Assembly: GCA_964407495.1 (NCBI GenBank)
Contig: CAYOVP010000003.1
Coordinates: 1,484 to 65,483 of the forward strand
DNA from: an uncultured Thermodesulfobacteriota bacterium
Lineage (GTDB): Bacteria > Desulfobacterota > GWC2-55-46 > JADFVP01
Direction: 5' to 3'
DNA length: 64,000 nt
The notes beneath the pieces were generated by a model that did not search any database, had not been told where the DNA came from, and worked only from the letters and a program-made list of their open reading frames with translations. Positions 37,511 through 47,435 of the stretch are shown here, piece by piece. A program made the translations under genes and the position numbers. How positions within the stretch are numbered: position 1 is the first letter of the stretch; each line of letters opens with the position of its first letter.

Positions 37511-37894
37511 GTGCGTAAGAACCTCTTCCTCGTTTTCCTGTACATGGCCTTCGTCTTCGTTGTCTCGGTTCTGCCGACACCCGAGGGCGTAGACCCCTTT
37601 ACGGGTTTTGACAAGGTAGTACACTTTGCGATCTACGGGCTGATGGCAATACTCTGGGCAAGGGTCTTTGCAGGCGGAAGGGGCATTGTGGGCAATGGTT
37701 TCTCCGGCAGGGTCTTTGTCATCGTCCTTGCTCTGGCCTTTTTTTACGGCCTTTTCATAGAACTCGTTCAGGAACTGACGCCCTCGCGGGAGGCTTCTTT
37801 TTATGATGCCCTTGCAAACGGCCTTGGCGGGGCCGCCGGCGCAGGCCTGTACTTCCTTGTCCACAGGTTCAGCAAGAAGAAGGAGAGGTTATGA
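37511..37894 (+). CDS. VanZ-like membrane protein
   Basis: DKVVHFAIYG, ELVQ..PSR, DALANGLG. Confidence 0.85.
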   Translation: MRKNLFLVFLYMAFVFVVSVLPTPEGVDPFTGFDKVVHFAIYGLMAILWARVFAGGRGIVGNGFSGRVFVIVLALAFFYGLFIELVQELTPSREASFYDALANGLGGAAGAGLYFLVHRFSKKKERL

Positions 37895-38607
37895 TACTGG
37901 AAGAGATGACAATGGAAGAGTTCAGCGCGGCCTTGAAAAAGACCAGGACCATTGCCCTACCCTATGGTACACTGGAGGCGCATGGGAGGCATCTGCCCCT
38001 GAATACCGATACTATTGTGGTGCGCCGGGTCCTGGAGGAGGCGGCAGGGGAGAGAGATTTTTTCATCTCCGCGCCCCTGCATTACGGCGTCTGTACATCC
38101 ACGGGCCAGCATCCAGGAAGCATAGGCATTACCCCGCCAACGCTCCGGAGGCTTACCCTTGATTTCGTGGAGGACGCCTACAGGAGGGGGTTACGGAAGG
38201 TCCTCCTTATATCCGGCCATGCAGGGGGAGCGCACATGGCGGCCATAAAAGAGGCCGCAGAGGTGCTTGCCCAGAGGCTCGATGGGCTTGTCATTGCGGC
38301 CCTCTCCATCTATGATGCCGTCTGGGATGACCTTACGCGCATAGCCGAGACAGAGAACGACTCGCACGCCGGAGAGATGGAGACTTCCCTCATCCTCCAC
38401 CTTGCTCCCCAACTCGTGAAGGGCCGCTCCGAGGAGGAGTACCCGCGGTTCAACAAACCAATCATCAACGCCGACAAGGTAAGCGAGTGGCCCGGCGCTG
38501 TCTGGGGCGACCCTCGCAAGGCTACTGCCGAAAAAGGCAGGGAACTATTCGATTGCATGGTGAAGGAAGTACTCGCCATACTCGAAAAAATGGAAGAGAC
38601 TGTCTGA
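37891..38607 (+). CDS. Creatininase-family amidohydrolase
   Basis: GTLEAHGRHLPLNTD, SGHAGG, HAGEMETS, GDPRKATAEKG. Confidence 0.88.
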   Translation: MILEEMTMEEFSAALKKTRTIALPYGTLEAHGRHLPLNTDTIVVRRVLEEAAGERDFFISAPLHYGVCTSTGQHPGSIGITPPTLRRLTLDFVEDAYRRGLRKVLLISGHAGGAHMAAIKEAAEVLAQRLDGLVIAALSIYDAVWDDLTRIAETENDSHAGEMETSLILHLAPQLVKGRSEEEYPRFNKPIINADKVSEWPGAVWGDPRKATAEKGRELFDCMVKEVLAILEKMEETV

Positions 38608-38660
38608 GAGGCCGGGGCCTCGAAGAGATAGGGGGGTGGAGGATATGCGGCCCTTGGCCC

Positions 38661-38826
38661 CGCGCTTTCTTATGTAAAGTCTGATTGATTCAGACTTTAC
38701 TGCGGCCCAGGGATGGGCCGCCATTTTCAGGACTGATAAGCCCTTGAAAATGTGAGGGAAAGAAAAACCGCGCTTTTTCTTTCCTGTCTCTGAATAATTC
38801 AGGGATGAATTATTCAGAGGTTCCTT
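38661..38826. repeat. Palindrome cluster including AGGGAT-loop repeat copy 2 (38772-38822)
   Basis: Stems GTAAAGTCTGA/TCAGACTTTAC, GCGGCCCA-GGGA-TGGGCCGC, CATTTTCA/TGAAAATG, CTCTGAATAATTCA-GGGA-TGAATTATTCAGAG. Confidence 0.75.
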
Positions 38827-38939
38827 ATATGAAAGGCAGGGGGAAGAAGATAGGGACCAGTTCCAGGGGCCTTGGCACCTACCTCTCTCGGGTTTGCGGC
38901 ATTTCAGGGGACATAGACCAAGGACAGGTAGAAAGGGTA

Positions 38940-40121
38940 TTGGAGATACATCGAGTTGTCATCATCGTAATAGACGGTCTCGGCATCGGGGCCCTGCCCG
39001 ATGCCGCAGAGTACGGCGACACCGGCGCCCATACCCTTGACAACACTGCAAGGGCAGTCGGCGGACTCGGTCTTCCGACGCTCCAGTCTCTCGGCCTCGG
39101 CCTCGTGGAGGGCGTAGAGGAGATAGAGAGGACGCCTTTGCCCCGCGGCGCCTATGGCAGAATGCAGGAGGCCTCGCCCGGAAAGGATACCCTCACAGGT
39201 CACCGCGAGATGATGGGTGTCATACTCGAAGCGCCCTATCCAACATTCCCAGAGGGCTTTCCCAGGGCCATGATGGAGGAGTTCAGGGATGCAACAGGCA
39301 GGGAGTGGCTGTATGGAAAACCTGCCTCTGGCACGGAGATAATCGAGAGGCTCGGCCCCGAGCACATGGCAAGTGGCAAACTCATCGTCTACACCTCTGC
39401 GGACAGCGTCTTCCAGATAGCGGCTCATGAGGACGTGGTTCCAGTAGAGGAACTATACGATATATGCGCCAAGGCCCGCTCCATGCTCAACAAATATGGC
39501 CTGGAGCGCGTCATAGCAAGGCCCTTTACAGGAAGGCCAGGTGCCTTCAGTCGCACGCCGAGGCGCCGCGACTTCGCCCTTCCGCCCAAGCGCCCAATCC
39601 TGCTCGAGATGCTCGCAGAGAAGGGCCTGCCTGTTATTGGCATAGGGAAGATAGGCGATATCTTCTCCCATAGGGGCCTTACCGAAGAGGTCCATACCAG
39701 GAGCGATGCCCAGGGCATGGACCGTACACTCGAGGCCTTCGGGTCTCTGAGGCCGGGCTCGAGGGCGCTCATATTCACCAACCTCGTGGACCTGGACATG
39801 AAGTACGGCCACAGGCGTGACGCCCAGGGGTGCGCCAGCGTCCTTGCGGCAGTGGACGCCTGGCTCCCATCCCTCATGGAAGAACTCCATGACAGGGACC
39901 TCGTCATCATCACCGCAGACCATGGTTGCGACCCCACAACGCCCTCTACAGACCACTCTCGTGAATACGTCCCCCTTCTTGTCTTCGGTCCCTGCGTAGG
40001 AGGGGGGACGAACCTCGGTACAAGGAAGACCTTTTCTGATATCGGGGCAACGCTTGCCCAGGGGTTCGGACTCGGCCCTGCGGTGCCGGGCCGGTCCTTT
40101 CTCTCCTCCATCCTCGCCTGA
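38940..40121 (+). CDS. deoB: Phosphopentomutase
   Basis: IDGLGIG, GKDTLTGH, TSADSVFQ, RVIARPF, GHRRD, TADHGCDP, TDHSREYVP; TTG start chosen. Confidence 0.95.
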   Translation: MEIHRVVIIVIDGLGIGALPDAAEYGDTGAHTLDNTARAVGGLGLPTLQSLGLGLVEGVEEIERTPLPRGAYGRMQEASPGKDTLTGHREMMGVILEAPYPTFPEGFPRAMMEEFRDATGREWLYGKPASGTEIIERLGPEHMASGKLIVYTSADSVFQIAAHEDVVPVEELYDICAKARSMLNKYGLERVIARPFTGRPGAFSRTPRRRDFALPPKRPILLEMLAEKGLPVIGIGKIGDIFSHRGLTEEVHTRSDAQGMDRTLEAFGSLRPGSRALIFTNLVDLDMKYGHRRDAQGCASVLAAVDAWLPSLMEELHDRDLVIITADHGCDPTTPSTDHSREYVPLLVFGPCVGGGTNLGTRKTFSDIGATLAQGFGLGPAVPGRSFLSSILA

Positions 40122-40184
40122 GCCAGGTATTTTACCTTGACCACGAGGTAATATTGGCGTACTATATCCTGGAAGAACAATATA

Positions 40185-40290
40185 CCTCTATCTCCGAGCC
40201 CCTCTCTCCTAAGGCCGACCGCGGCTATGGAGGCCGGGCCGTTCAGGGTATGCCGGGAAACGGACATGCCTCCCCTTTGGAAAGGAGAGT
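40185..40290 (+). ncRNA. Moco (molybdenum cofactor) riboswitch
   Basis: CTCCGAGC...CCTAAG...TATGG...GGAAAC...GCCTCCC-TTTGGAAAGGAG; directly upstream of modABC. Confidence 0.87.
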
Positions 40291-40296
40291 CTCCAT

Positions 40297-40326
40297 AACC
40301 GGCCTTTCCGTGGCCGGTTTTTTTAT
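40297..40326 (+). terminator. Terminator of the Moco expression platform
   Basis: AACCGGCC-TTTCCGT-GGCCGGTT plus U-tract. Confidence 0.7.
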
Positions 40327-40431
40327 CTCTTAAAAACCAAGACCAGCAGGTGGAGGGACAAAGGGGAGGATGGTGCATCGTCTCCTGGCGCACCTTCTTT
40401 TGCCACGACTTCTTTGCCTTGGCAAGGGACC

Positions 40432-41214
40432 ATGACAGGATCGGTAAAAAACATCTTCGCCTTCTGCGCGGCCTTCTTGGTGGTCTTTTTTCTTTCTCTT
40501 CCGCCTTCGCGAGCCACTGAGAAAAAGACGCTCTCCGTGGCCGCGGCGAGCAGTTTTTCCGAGGCCCTGCTGGAGATAGGCAAGGGTTTCGAGGCAGGGG
40601 AAGGAGTACGCCTAAGGCCTGTATTCGGTTCCTCGGGGATACTCTCGCGCCAGATAGAGCGCGGCGCGCCCTTTGATGTCTTCATCTCCGCCGGCAGTGC
40701 CTATATGGACGGCCTTGTGGAGAGCGGCGCCGTGCAGGGGGAAACGGTGCGCGCCTTTGCAAGGGGTGTTCTCGTAATGGTATATCGGGAGGACGGGGCG
40801 CTTCGCATCGGGAGGATGGGAGACCTCCTTGACCCCGGAATAAGGCGCGTGGCAGTAGCAAACCCCGAGCACGCGCCCTATGGCCGCGCCGCGGTAGAGG
40901 CCATGAAGAAGGCCGGGGTCTATGGGGCTGTACGGAAAAAACTCGTCTATGGCGAGAACGTCCGCCAGGCCCTTCAGTTCGTGGAGAGCGGCAACGCGGA
41001 AGTGGGTTTCGTGGCCCTCTCCATAGCAAGGCGAGAGGGCATGGGGTACGTGCCCCTCAGTGCCGGGCTCTACAGCCCCGTAATACAGACCGTGGCAGTA
41101 GTTAGTACGACTCGCAATGGCGCAGATGCCGAGAAGTTCATAGAGTATCTCACGGGTCCGGCCGGGCAGAGGGTGCTCGAAAGGTATGGTTTCAGGCCGG
41201 TTGAGGGCAGATGA
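40432..41214 (+). CDS. modA: Molybdate ABC transporter binding protein
   Basis: VAAASS, FGSSG, DVFISA, NPEHAPYG, ENVRQA. Confidence 0.93.
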   Translation: MTGSVKNIFAFCAAFLVVFFLSLPPSRATEKKTLSVAAASSFSEALLEIGKGFEAGEGVRLRPVFGSSGILSRQIERGAPFDVFISAGSAYMDGLVESGAVQGETVRAFARGVLVMVYREDGALRIGRMGDLLDPGIRRVAVANPEHAPYGRAAVEAMKKAGVYGAVRKKLVYGENVRQALQFVESGNAEVGFVALSIARREGMGYVPLSAGLYSPVIQTVAVVSTTRNGADAEKFIEYLTGPAGQRVLERYGFRPVEGR

Positions 41215-41236
41215 AAACTTCGGGGGACAAGAGGCA

Positions 41237-41893
41237 ATGAACATCTTTCCGCTCTACCTCACCATGAAGGTATCTCTCGTGGCTACGCTCTTTGTAGTGG
41301 TCGTGGGCCTTGGCCTCGGCCTCGTTCTTGCCAGGAGAGAGTTCCCGGGAAAGAACGTCCTCGACGTTCTAATCATGCAACCCCTCGTCATCCCCCCCAC
41401 TGTGCTCGGCTATTATCTCCTTACGCTCCTTGGCCGTTCTTCTCCCCTTGGACGTTTTCTCGAGGGTGGGTTGGGGCTCGAACTCGTCTTTACCTGGAAG
41501 GGCGCCGTCGTAGCCGCATTTCTCTCGGCCCTGCCCCTCTTCGTAAAACCGGTTCGCGCAGCCATTGAGGGCGTTGGCCGCGAGTACGAGGACGCGGCAA
41601 GGCTCCTTGGCAAGACAGAATTCCAGGTCTTCAGGACCATTACTCTGCCACTTGCCTGGCGCGGCATAGCCGCTGGCACGGTCATGTCCTTTGCAAGGGC
41701 AACGGGCGAGTTCGGGGCAACGCTCATGGTGGCCGGGAATATCCCTGGTGTTACGCGTACCATGCCCCTTGCCATCTATGATGCCGTTCAGATGGGCGAC
41801 ACCCATACGGCAAACGTCCTGGTCCTCATAGTTACGCTCTTCTCGTTCGCCGTTCTCTACGCGGCGAGCATCATCACGAGGGGCAGGCTTTAG
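41237..41893 (+). CDS. modB: Molybdate ABC transporter permease
   Basis: PLVIPPTVLGY, FARATGEFGATLMVAGNIPG. Confidence 0.93.
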   Translation: MNIFPLYLTMKVSLVATLFVVVVGLGLGLVLARREFPGKNVLDVLIMQPLVIPPTVLGYYLLTLLGRSSPLGRFLEGGLGLELVFTWKGAVVAAFLSALPLFVKPVRAAIEGVGREYEDAARLLGKTEFQVFRTITLPLAWRGIAAGTVMSFARATGEFGATLMVAGNIPGVTRTMPLAIYDAVQMGDTHTANVLVLIVTLFSFAVLYAASIITRGRL

Positions 41894-41913
41894 GGGAAGG
41901 GTGATGTGGCCTT

Positions 41914-41982
41914 GTCCAATGGCCGAAGGCCATTGGACCATCAGTTTTCTTTGTCTTACTTTCTTTTTCAAAAGAAAGTAAG
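41914..41982 (+). repeat. Family-1 dispersed hairpin repeat, copy D, between modB and modC
   Basis: TCCAATGGCC-GAA-GGCCATTGGA hairpin, then GTTTTCTTTGTCTTACTTTCTTTT-TC-AAAAGAAAGTAAG. Confidence 0.87.
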
Positions 41983-42020
41983 AAATTCCTTGGTCTTTTT
42001 TTTACTTCTTGGTTTTTATC

Positions 42021-43127
42021 ATGAGTCTTACGCTTCGTCTCAAGAAGTCATTCGGCGATTTTTCTCTTGGTCTCTCCCTTGCCCTTGGCGACGACCTGAC
42101 CGTTCTCTTTGGTCCATCGGGCGCAGGAAAGAGCCTTGTCCTGAGACTGATCTCCGGCATAGAGCGTCCCGACGAGGGTGTTGTGGAGATATGCGGGGAG
42201 AGGGTCTTTGACAGAGGGGCAGGCATTGATATACCCATACGGGAGCGCAGGGTTGGCTTCCTCTTCCAGGACTACGCCCTCTTTCCCCATATGAGCGTAT
42301 ATGAGAACATAGCCTACGGGCTTCGAGGCCCTGGCGGCCCGGGCTGGCCTGGTCGGGCCGAGATACGGACCATGGTGGGTGAACTCCTTGGCATAATGCG
42401 GCTCACCGGGCTCGAGGAGCGATACCCCCATGAACTATCTGGCGGACAGAAGCAACGTGTGGCCCTTGCGCGCACCCTTGCCGCCTCGCCGCGCATACTC
42501 CTCCTCGACGAGCCCTTCTCTGCCCTTGACTACCAGGTGCGTGAGAAACTCCGGCGCGACCTCCTGCGCATCCATGAGCGCTTTCCCATCACCATTGTCC
42601 TTGTAACACACGACCTCGAGGAGGCCTTCATGATGGGCTCTTCCATAGCAGTCATAAACAACGGCCAGGTAGAGCAGTTCGGCAGCACGGAAGATGTCTT
42701 CTACAGGCCAAGTACCCGCAATGTCGCGCGCTTTGTGGGTATACGCAATATTTTTACCGGTGTTGTCGTGGAGTGCTCGGGCAGGGCTGTCACGCTTCGG
42801 AGCAGGGCAACGGGCCTCATAAGGGCTACTCTCCCAGAGGGGCGGGTACTCAATAAGGGCCAGAAGGTGGACTTCTGCATACGTCCTGAGGAGATACCCG
42901 TGGTGAGGGCAGGGCGGGCCATGGAAGAGGCGAGGAGAACAAACGTAATCAGCGGAAGGATAACATCGGTTACAGGCATGGGCACCATGCACAGCGTCTT
43001 CGTAGAGGCGGGCTCCTGCCAGTTGAAGGTGGACCTGCCCAATTTCGTTATGCGGGATTTATCACTTGCCGAGGGCCATGATATCAGTCTATTATTGAAG
43101 AAGGAGAATATCTGGATAATACCCTGA
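42021..43127 (+). CDS. modC: Molybdate ABC transporter ATPase with TOBE domain
   Basis: GPSGAGKS, LFPHMSV, LSGGQKQR, LLDEPFSALD. Confidence 0.9.
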   Translation: MSLTLRLKKSFGDFSLGLSLALGDDLTVLFGPSGAGKSLVLRLISGIERPDEGVVEICGERVFDRGAGIDIPIRERRVGFLFQDYALFPHMSVYENIAYGLRGPGGPGWPGRAEIRTMVGELLGIMRLTGLEERYPHELSGGQKQRVALARTLAASPRILLLDEPFSALDYQVREKLRRDLLRIHERFPITIVLVTHDLEEAFMMGSSIAVINNGQVEQFGSTEDVFYRPSTRNVARFVGIRNIFTGVVVECSGRAVTLRSRATGLIRATLPEGRVLNKGQKVDFCIRPEEIPVVRAGRAMEEARRTNVISGRITSVTGMGTMHSVFVEAGSCQLKVDLPNFVMRDLSLAEGHDISLLLKKENIWIIP

Positions 43128-43143
43128 AGACGGAGCCTGCAAG

Positions 43144-44109
43144 ATGCCCGAGAACGTGATGAATAAAGACATGGGGCATGGCGAGAGAAGGATAAAACAG
43201 CGCCTTGCCGTCTCGGCTGTCCTTACGGGTATCATCTTCTTCGTGGAACTCGTGGGCGGCTATCTTACCGGGAGCCTCGCCCTCATGACAGACGCGGCCC
43301 ATGTCTTCATGGACGTCTTCGCCCTCTGTCTCACGCTCTCGGCCCTGTACATCTCGGAACTCCCCCCAACAGAGAAGAGGACCTACGGACTCCACAGGGT
43401 GGAGGTCTTTGTCTCCTTTATAAACAGCCTGACCCTCCTCGCAGTGACGCTCTATGTCTTTTACTCCGCCTACAAGAGGATCGTACACCCCCGCGAGATC
43501 GAGAGTGTCGGCATGTTCGTCGTGGCCGTAGTGGGGCTCGTGGTGAACCTCCTCGTGGCCTTCTGGCTCGGGTCCCTCTCGTCGAGAGACCTGAATATAA
43601 AGAGCGCCTTCCTGCACGTAGCAGGCGATGCCGCGGCCTCTGTCGGCGTCATCATAGCCTCGGTGATCATCTACTATACCGGCTGGACCACTGTGGACCC
43701 GCTCATAAGTATCTCCATCTGCGTGGTCCTGCTCTATGGCATCTGGCGCATACTTCGCGATTCTTCCAACATACTCCTCGAGGGCGTACCCCTGGAAGTC
43801 GATATACAGAAGGTGGTGAGGGATATGACCGCCGTGCGGGGGGTGACGAGCGTCCATGATCTCCATATCTGGAGCATCTGCCACAATGTCTACGCCATGA
43901 GCGCGCATATCGATATTGCCGAGCCCGAGAGGTGGCGTATGGGGGCAATATACAAGGAACTAAACGAAACCCTTGCCCGCAACCACCATATCTTCTATAC
44001 TACCTTGCAGGCCGAGTGCATAGGGTGCGAGAGCCCGGGGCTCTTCGGGAGCGTCTCTCACAGGGGCGCCGAGCACCACGGCCATGGCGGCCACGGTCAT
44101 CTTCATTGA
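43144..44109 (+). CDS. Cation diffusion facilitator (CzcD/ZitB-type)
   Basis: ALMTDAAHVFMD, TYGLHRVE, SAFLHVAGD, VHDLHIW; His-rich tail. Confidence 0.92.
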   Translation: MPENVMNKDMGHGERRIKQRLAVSAVLTGIIFFVELVGGYLTGSLALMTDAAHVFMDVFALCLTLSALYISELPPTEKRTYGLHRVEVFVSFINSLTLLAVTLYVFYSAYKRIVHPREIESVGMFVVAVVGLVVNLLVAFWLGSLSSRDLNIKSAFLHVAGDAAASVGVIIASVIIYYTGWTTVDPLISISICVVLLYGIWRILRDSSNILLEGVPLEVDIQKVVRDMTAVRGVTSVHDLHIWSICHNVYAMSAHIDIAEPERWRMGAIYKELNETLARNHHIFYTTLQAECIGCESPGLFGSVSHRGAEHHGHGGHGHLH

Positions 44110-44289
44110 GAAATCGGCTAAGGACTAAAGAAGTCCGAGAGCCTTTGTTCGGGCCTTGGTTACCTCATATCCTCTTTCCCTCTGAACGGGTTGGCCCGGC
44201 TTTTCATGAAGACATACCGAACCATGGAGGCCTGCGAGTGCCTTCATAGGAGTGTATTCCAAGAACTTTTATCATGAGGGGGTAGTACA

Positions 44290-46764
44290 ATGGCAAAACC
44301 AGAGAGGCTCTCTGCCTCCATGCTCGCAGAACTCTGCGACCCATCGGCTTTTCCCTTTGAGACCACGAAAGAGGTACCGAGCCTCCACGAGATAATCGGC
44401 CAGGACAGGGCCATAGACGCCATAGAGTTCGGCCTGGGAATGAGGAACTCCTCGTACAATATCTTTGTACTTGGCGAGGGCGGAACAGGCAAGCACACAA
44501 CGGCCATGAACTTCATAAGAAAGAAGGCCGCAGGCGAGCCCAGCCCCGACGACTGGTGTTATGTATATAACTTTGCCGAGCCCGATGCCCCAGAGGCCAT
44601 ACAGTTGCCCCCAGGCAAGGGCTCCCTCCTTGTTAGCGAGATGGACGGTCTCATAGCCTCGCTCCGCAGAGACGTACCAAAGGTCTTCGAGACAAAGGAC
44701 TACGAGAAGCACAGGGACGAGATACTGGACGGCCAGCAGGAGAGGACAAAGGCCGTATTCTCGCGTCTTGAGAGCATGGCCACAGACAGGGGTCTTATCC
44801 TCCGAAAGACAGCGGCAGGCCTTGCAGTGGTGCCTGCCAAGGACGGTAAGCCCATGAGCCAGGAGGATTTCGACAAACTCCCGGCAGAGCGGAAGACCGA
44901 GATAGAGCAGAACCTCAAGATCCTACAGGACCAACTTACCGCCGCCATCCACGAGGCAAAGAAGATAGAGAAAGAGACACGCGAGAGGATAGCCGCCCTT
45001 GACAGCGAGATGGTCCAGTACGTGGTCAACCCCATAATCAACGATATCTTAGAGAAGTTCGGCGAACACGAAAAAGTGGTTAACTTCATAAAGACCGTGA
45101 AGGCCCATATATTTGCCAACCTCGAGGAGTTCAAGCCCCGCGAGCCCCTCCCCGGCCCCCTCGGGGCTCTCGCCATTCAACGCGCCGAGCCGCCCTTTGA
45201 AAAATACAGGGTCAACCTCATAGTCAACAACGCCGAGACAAAGGGCGCGCCCGTTGTCTTCGAGTCGAACCCCACATATTACAACCTCTTTGGACGCATC
45301 GAGTACAAGGTTCAACTGGGAGTGGCCTCCACGGACTTCACGATGATAAGGGGTGGAGCCATACACAGGGCCAACGGCGGATACCTCGTCATAAACGCTC
45401 TGGATATGCTCAAGAACATCTTTGTCTATGATTCCCTGAAGAGGATGATAAAGAACCGCGAGGTCAGGATAGAAGATGTCTGGGAGCAGTACAAACTCGT
45501 CTCCACGGCCACGCTCAAGCCCGAGGCCATACCTGTTGACATAAAGATAGTCCTAATAGGAGACCCCTTTCTGTACTACCTCCTCTATTCCCTTGACAGG
45601 GAGTACAGGAAACTCTTCAAGGTAAAGGCCGACTTCGAGACCATCATGGACCGCGACAAGACCAATACAGAGAAGTACGCCTACTTCATCTCTGCCTGTT
45701 GTGGAAAAGACACGCTCAGGCCCTTTGACAGGACAGGTGTGGCCCGGGTCGTGGAGTACGGCTCGCGCCTGGCCGGACACAAGAACAAACTCTCCACGCG
45801 TTTCAATGACATACAGAACCTCGTAGAAGAGGCCAGTTACTGGGCCGGGGCCGGAGGCTCGGAGACCGTCACAGCCGAGCACGTGGAAAAGGCCATAAGG
45901 GAGAAGATAAGGCGCCACTCCCGCATAGAAGACCGCCTTCGCGAGTACATAGAAGAAGACACCATCATGGTGCAGACAGAGGGCGAGGCCGTGGGGCAGA
46001 TAAACGGCCTTGCCGTACTGAGCCTCGGCGACTATACCTTTGGCAAGCCCTCGCGTATAACGGCGCGGACGTTCATGGGGGATGCCGGCGTAGTGAACAT
46101 AGAACGCGAGGCCAAGATGAGCGGCCGCATTCACAACAAGGCCCATATGATACTCAAGAGTTTCCTCGGTGCGCGCTTTGCCACAGACTTCCCCATCACC
46201 CTCTCTGCCTCTGTCTGCTTCGAGCAGTTGTACGAGGGCATAGAGGGCGACAGCGCCACCTGTGCCGAGGTCTATGCCCTTCTATCGAGCCTCTCTGGGG
46301 TACCCATAAGACAGGGAATCGCCATAACAGGGTCCATGAACCAGAAAGGCGAGGTCCAGCCCATAGGAGGGGTAAACGAGAAGATAGAAGGCTTCTTCGA
46401 TGTCTGCGTGGCCAAGGGCCTTACAGGCGACCAGGGCGTTATCATACCAGGGCGCAACGTCCGTAACCTCATGCTCAAGAAAGAGGTCCGAGACGCAGTT
46501 GAAGAGGGCCGCTTCTCCATCTACTCCATAAACGATATCGACGAGGGCATAGAGATACTCACTGGAATGCCCGCAGGCGAGCGCAGTGGGGATGGTAAGT
46601 TCCCCGAGGGCACGGTCAATCGTCTCGTGGAGGACAGACTACGCGAACTTGCAAAGACATACAAGGCCTTTGGACGGCCCAAACCAGGAAAGAAAAAGCC
46701 CCAGGCCCCCAATAACAACAATAATAACGACAACGATTCTGGAGAGGGGAAGGAAAAGACCTGA
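44290..46764 (+). CDS. Lon-like ATP-dependent protease (LonC/YcbZ type)
   Basis: IGQDRA, GAIHRANGGYL, GQINGLAV, SGRIHNK, GDSAT (catalytic Ser), GGVNEKIEGF (Lys). Confidence 0.9.
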   Translation: MAKPERLSASMLAELCDPSAFPFETTKEVPSLHEIIGQDRAIDAIEFGLGMRNSSYNIFVLGEGGTGKHTTAMNFIRKKAAGEPSPDDWCYVYNFAEPDAPEAIQLPPGKGSLLVSEMDGLIASLRRDVPKVFETKDYEKHRDEILDGQQERTKAVFSRLESMATDRGLILRKTAAGLAVVPAKDGKPMSQEDFDKLPAERKTEIEQNLKILQDQLTAAIHEAKKIEKETRERIAALDSEMVQYVVNPIINDILEKFGEHEKVVNFIKTVKAHIFANLEEFKPREPLPGPLGALAIQRAEPPFEKYRVNLIVNNAETKGAPVVFESNPTYYNLFGRIEYKVQLGVASTDFTMIRGGAIHRANGGYLVINALDMLKNIFVYDSLKRMIKNREVRIEDVWEQYKLVSTATLKPEAIPVDIKIVLIGDPFLYYLLYSLDREYRKLFKVKADFETIMDRDKTNTEKYAYFISACCGKDTLRPFDRTGVARVVEYGSRLAGHKNKLSTRFNDIQNLVEEASYWAGAGGSETVTAEHVEKAIREKIRRHSRIEDRLREYIEEDTIMVQTEGEAVGQINGLAVLSLGDYTFGKPSRITARTFMGDAGVVNIEREAKMSGRIHNKAHMILKSFLGARFATDFPITLSASVCFEQLYEGIEGDSATCAEVYALLSSLSGVPIRQGIAITGSMNQKGEVQPIGGVNEKIEGFFDVCVAKGLTGDQGVIIPGRNVRNLMLKKEVRDAVEEGRFSIYSINDIDEGIEILTGMPAGERSGDGKFPEGTVNRLVEDRLRELAKTYKAFGRPKPGKKKPQAPNNNNNNDNDSGEGKEKT

Positions 46765-46780
46765 CCCCGTTGCCAAGAGC

Positions 46781-47425
46781 ATGCTTCTCAACGAGATATT
46801 CTTCAGCCTCCAGGGCGAGTCCACCTATGTGGGCCTGCCCTGTGTCTTTATCCGTCTTGCAGGGTGCAACCTCGAGTGCCCCTGGTGTGATACCGCCTAT
46901 GCCCGCACCAAAGATGGCGCCAGGGAGATGAGCCTTGGGGACATCGTAAGAGAAGTGGAAGAGTACCCCCGCGGACTCGTGGAAATAACAGGTGGCGAGC
47001 CCCTCCTGCAGGAAGAGACGCCGCTACTTGCGGCCCGGCTCCTCGAGCGTTTTGATACAGTCCTCCTTGAGACCAACGGCAGTATGGATATTGGCCGTGT
47101 CCCCGAGGGCGTGGTGCGCGTGGTAGACGTAAAGTGCCCCTCCAGCGGGGCCTCCGGGTCTTTTGATATGGAAAACCTCTCACGCATGAGACCCTCCGAC
47201 GAGATGAAGTTCGTCATAGCCGACCGCACTGACTACGAGTTTGCCAGAGAGTTCATCTCCTCTGACGATGCCCTTGTGATCAGCAGGCGAAGTATCATCT
47301 TCTCGCCAGTCTCCGGGAGACTCAAGCCGAGCGTCCTTGCCGGCTGGGTCCTCGAAGACAGGCTTTGCATCCGGTTCCAACTCCAACTCCATACATGCAT
47401 CTGGCCCGGAGAAAAGGGTAGGTGA
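46781..47425 (+). CDS. queE: 7-carboxy-7-deazaguanine synthase (radical SAM)
   Basis: EIFFSLQGE, RLAGCNLECPWCDT, TGGEPL, ETNG, QLH. Confidence 0.85.
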   Translation: MLLNEIFFSLQGESTYVGLPCVFIRLAGCNLECPWCDTAYARTKDGAREMSLGDIVREVEEYPRGLVEITGGEPLLQEETPLLAARLLERFDTVLLETNGSMDIGRVPEGVVRVVDVKCPSSGASGSFDMENLSRMRPSDEMKFVIADRTDYEFAREFISSDDALVISRRSIIFSPVSGRLKPSVLAGWVLEDRLCIRFQLQLHTCIWPGEKGR

Positions 47426-47435
47426 GGGGCAGAAA

